From Octopus sinensis (lineage: Eukaryota), in the NCBI RefSeq assembly GCF_006345805.1, contig NC_043001.1:57226001-57290000 (forward strand): 64,000 nucleotides of DNA, read 5' to 3'. The first letter of the stretch is position 1; each line of letters starts with the position of its first letter. The notes beneath the pieces are model-generated. The model was not told the origin of the DNA. It searched no databases and worked only from the letters and a program-made list of their open reading frames with translations. Position numbers and translations under genes: made by a program. Of the stretch, positions 63,621 to 64,000 are shown one piece after another.

Positions 63621-64000
63621 TTAATCTGTAATTGTCTGACATTGCTTTCTAAGGAAATCCGTGGCAGATGAGAGGATGAGAAGCTTTACTGATATGAATT
63701 TTGTAGATTTAAATTGTTTTTATGCATGAAGATTTATTATTGACGTCTTATTTTCTTCCCGTTTTTTTTTTCTCATTTGTTAAACTCTCATACTAAGTGT
63801 TGCGAAACTTTCAGGTGTACCAGCTGCGACGAAATATTAAAATGGATCCTGAATGATGGTAATTATATAATACTATAATATTATGGACCTGTGAATAAGG
63901 TGTCAGTGCTAGTCAAATACTTTCCCATCTCTCTGACTGTAACAAATTGATTTCATTTTAAAGCAAACTCATATTTCTTTCTCTAACATGATAAGTGGTT

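Overview
AT-rich, microsatellite-dense eukaryotic DNA with no host protein-coding gene that I can support. The mix of tRNA-derived SINEs, compound trinucleotide microsatellites, Dong/R4, RTE, Tx1/L1, CR1-like and Penelope-like elements looks like a coleoid cephalopod (octopus) intergenic or intronic region; this is inference from repeat content. Nearly all ORFs in the track are microsatellite read-throughs or transposon fragments. Contents: about five distinct Dong/R4-clade (RLE) LINE families that end in (TAA)n, including one near-full-length copy at 13.4-17.4 kb; two mariner relics; an internally deleted Ty3/gypsy element; Tx1/L1 fragments; three Penelope-like (PLE) relics of two clades; and many SINEs. 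The most interesting system is a small non-autonomous element built as tRNA-like Pol III head + (AAT)n + a PLE-derived tail that carries a minimal type I hammerhead ribozyme motif. Its tail is homologous to the 3' end of a coding Penelope relic at 26.3-27.6 kb. Its internal (AAT)n is a landing site for Dong LINEs, and one copy forms a fold-back around a perfect 30-bp palindrome. All family assignments come from reading motifs by eye; no database search was run.
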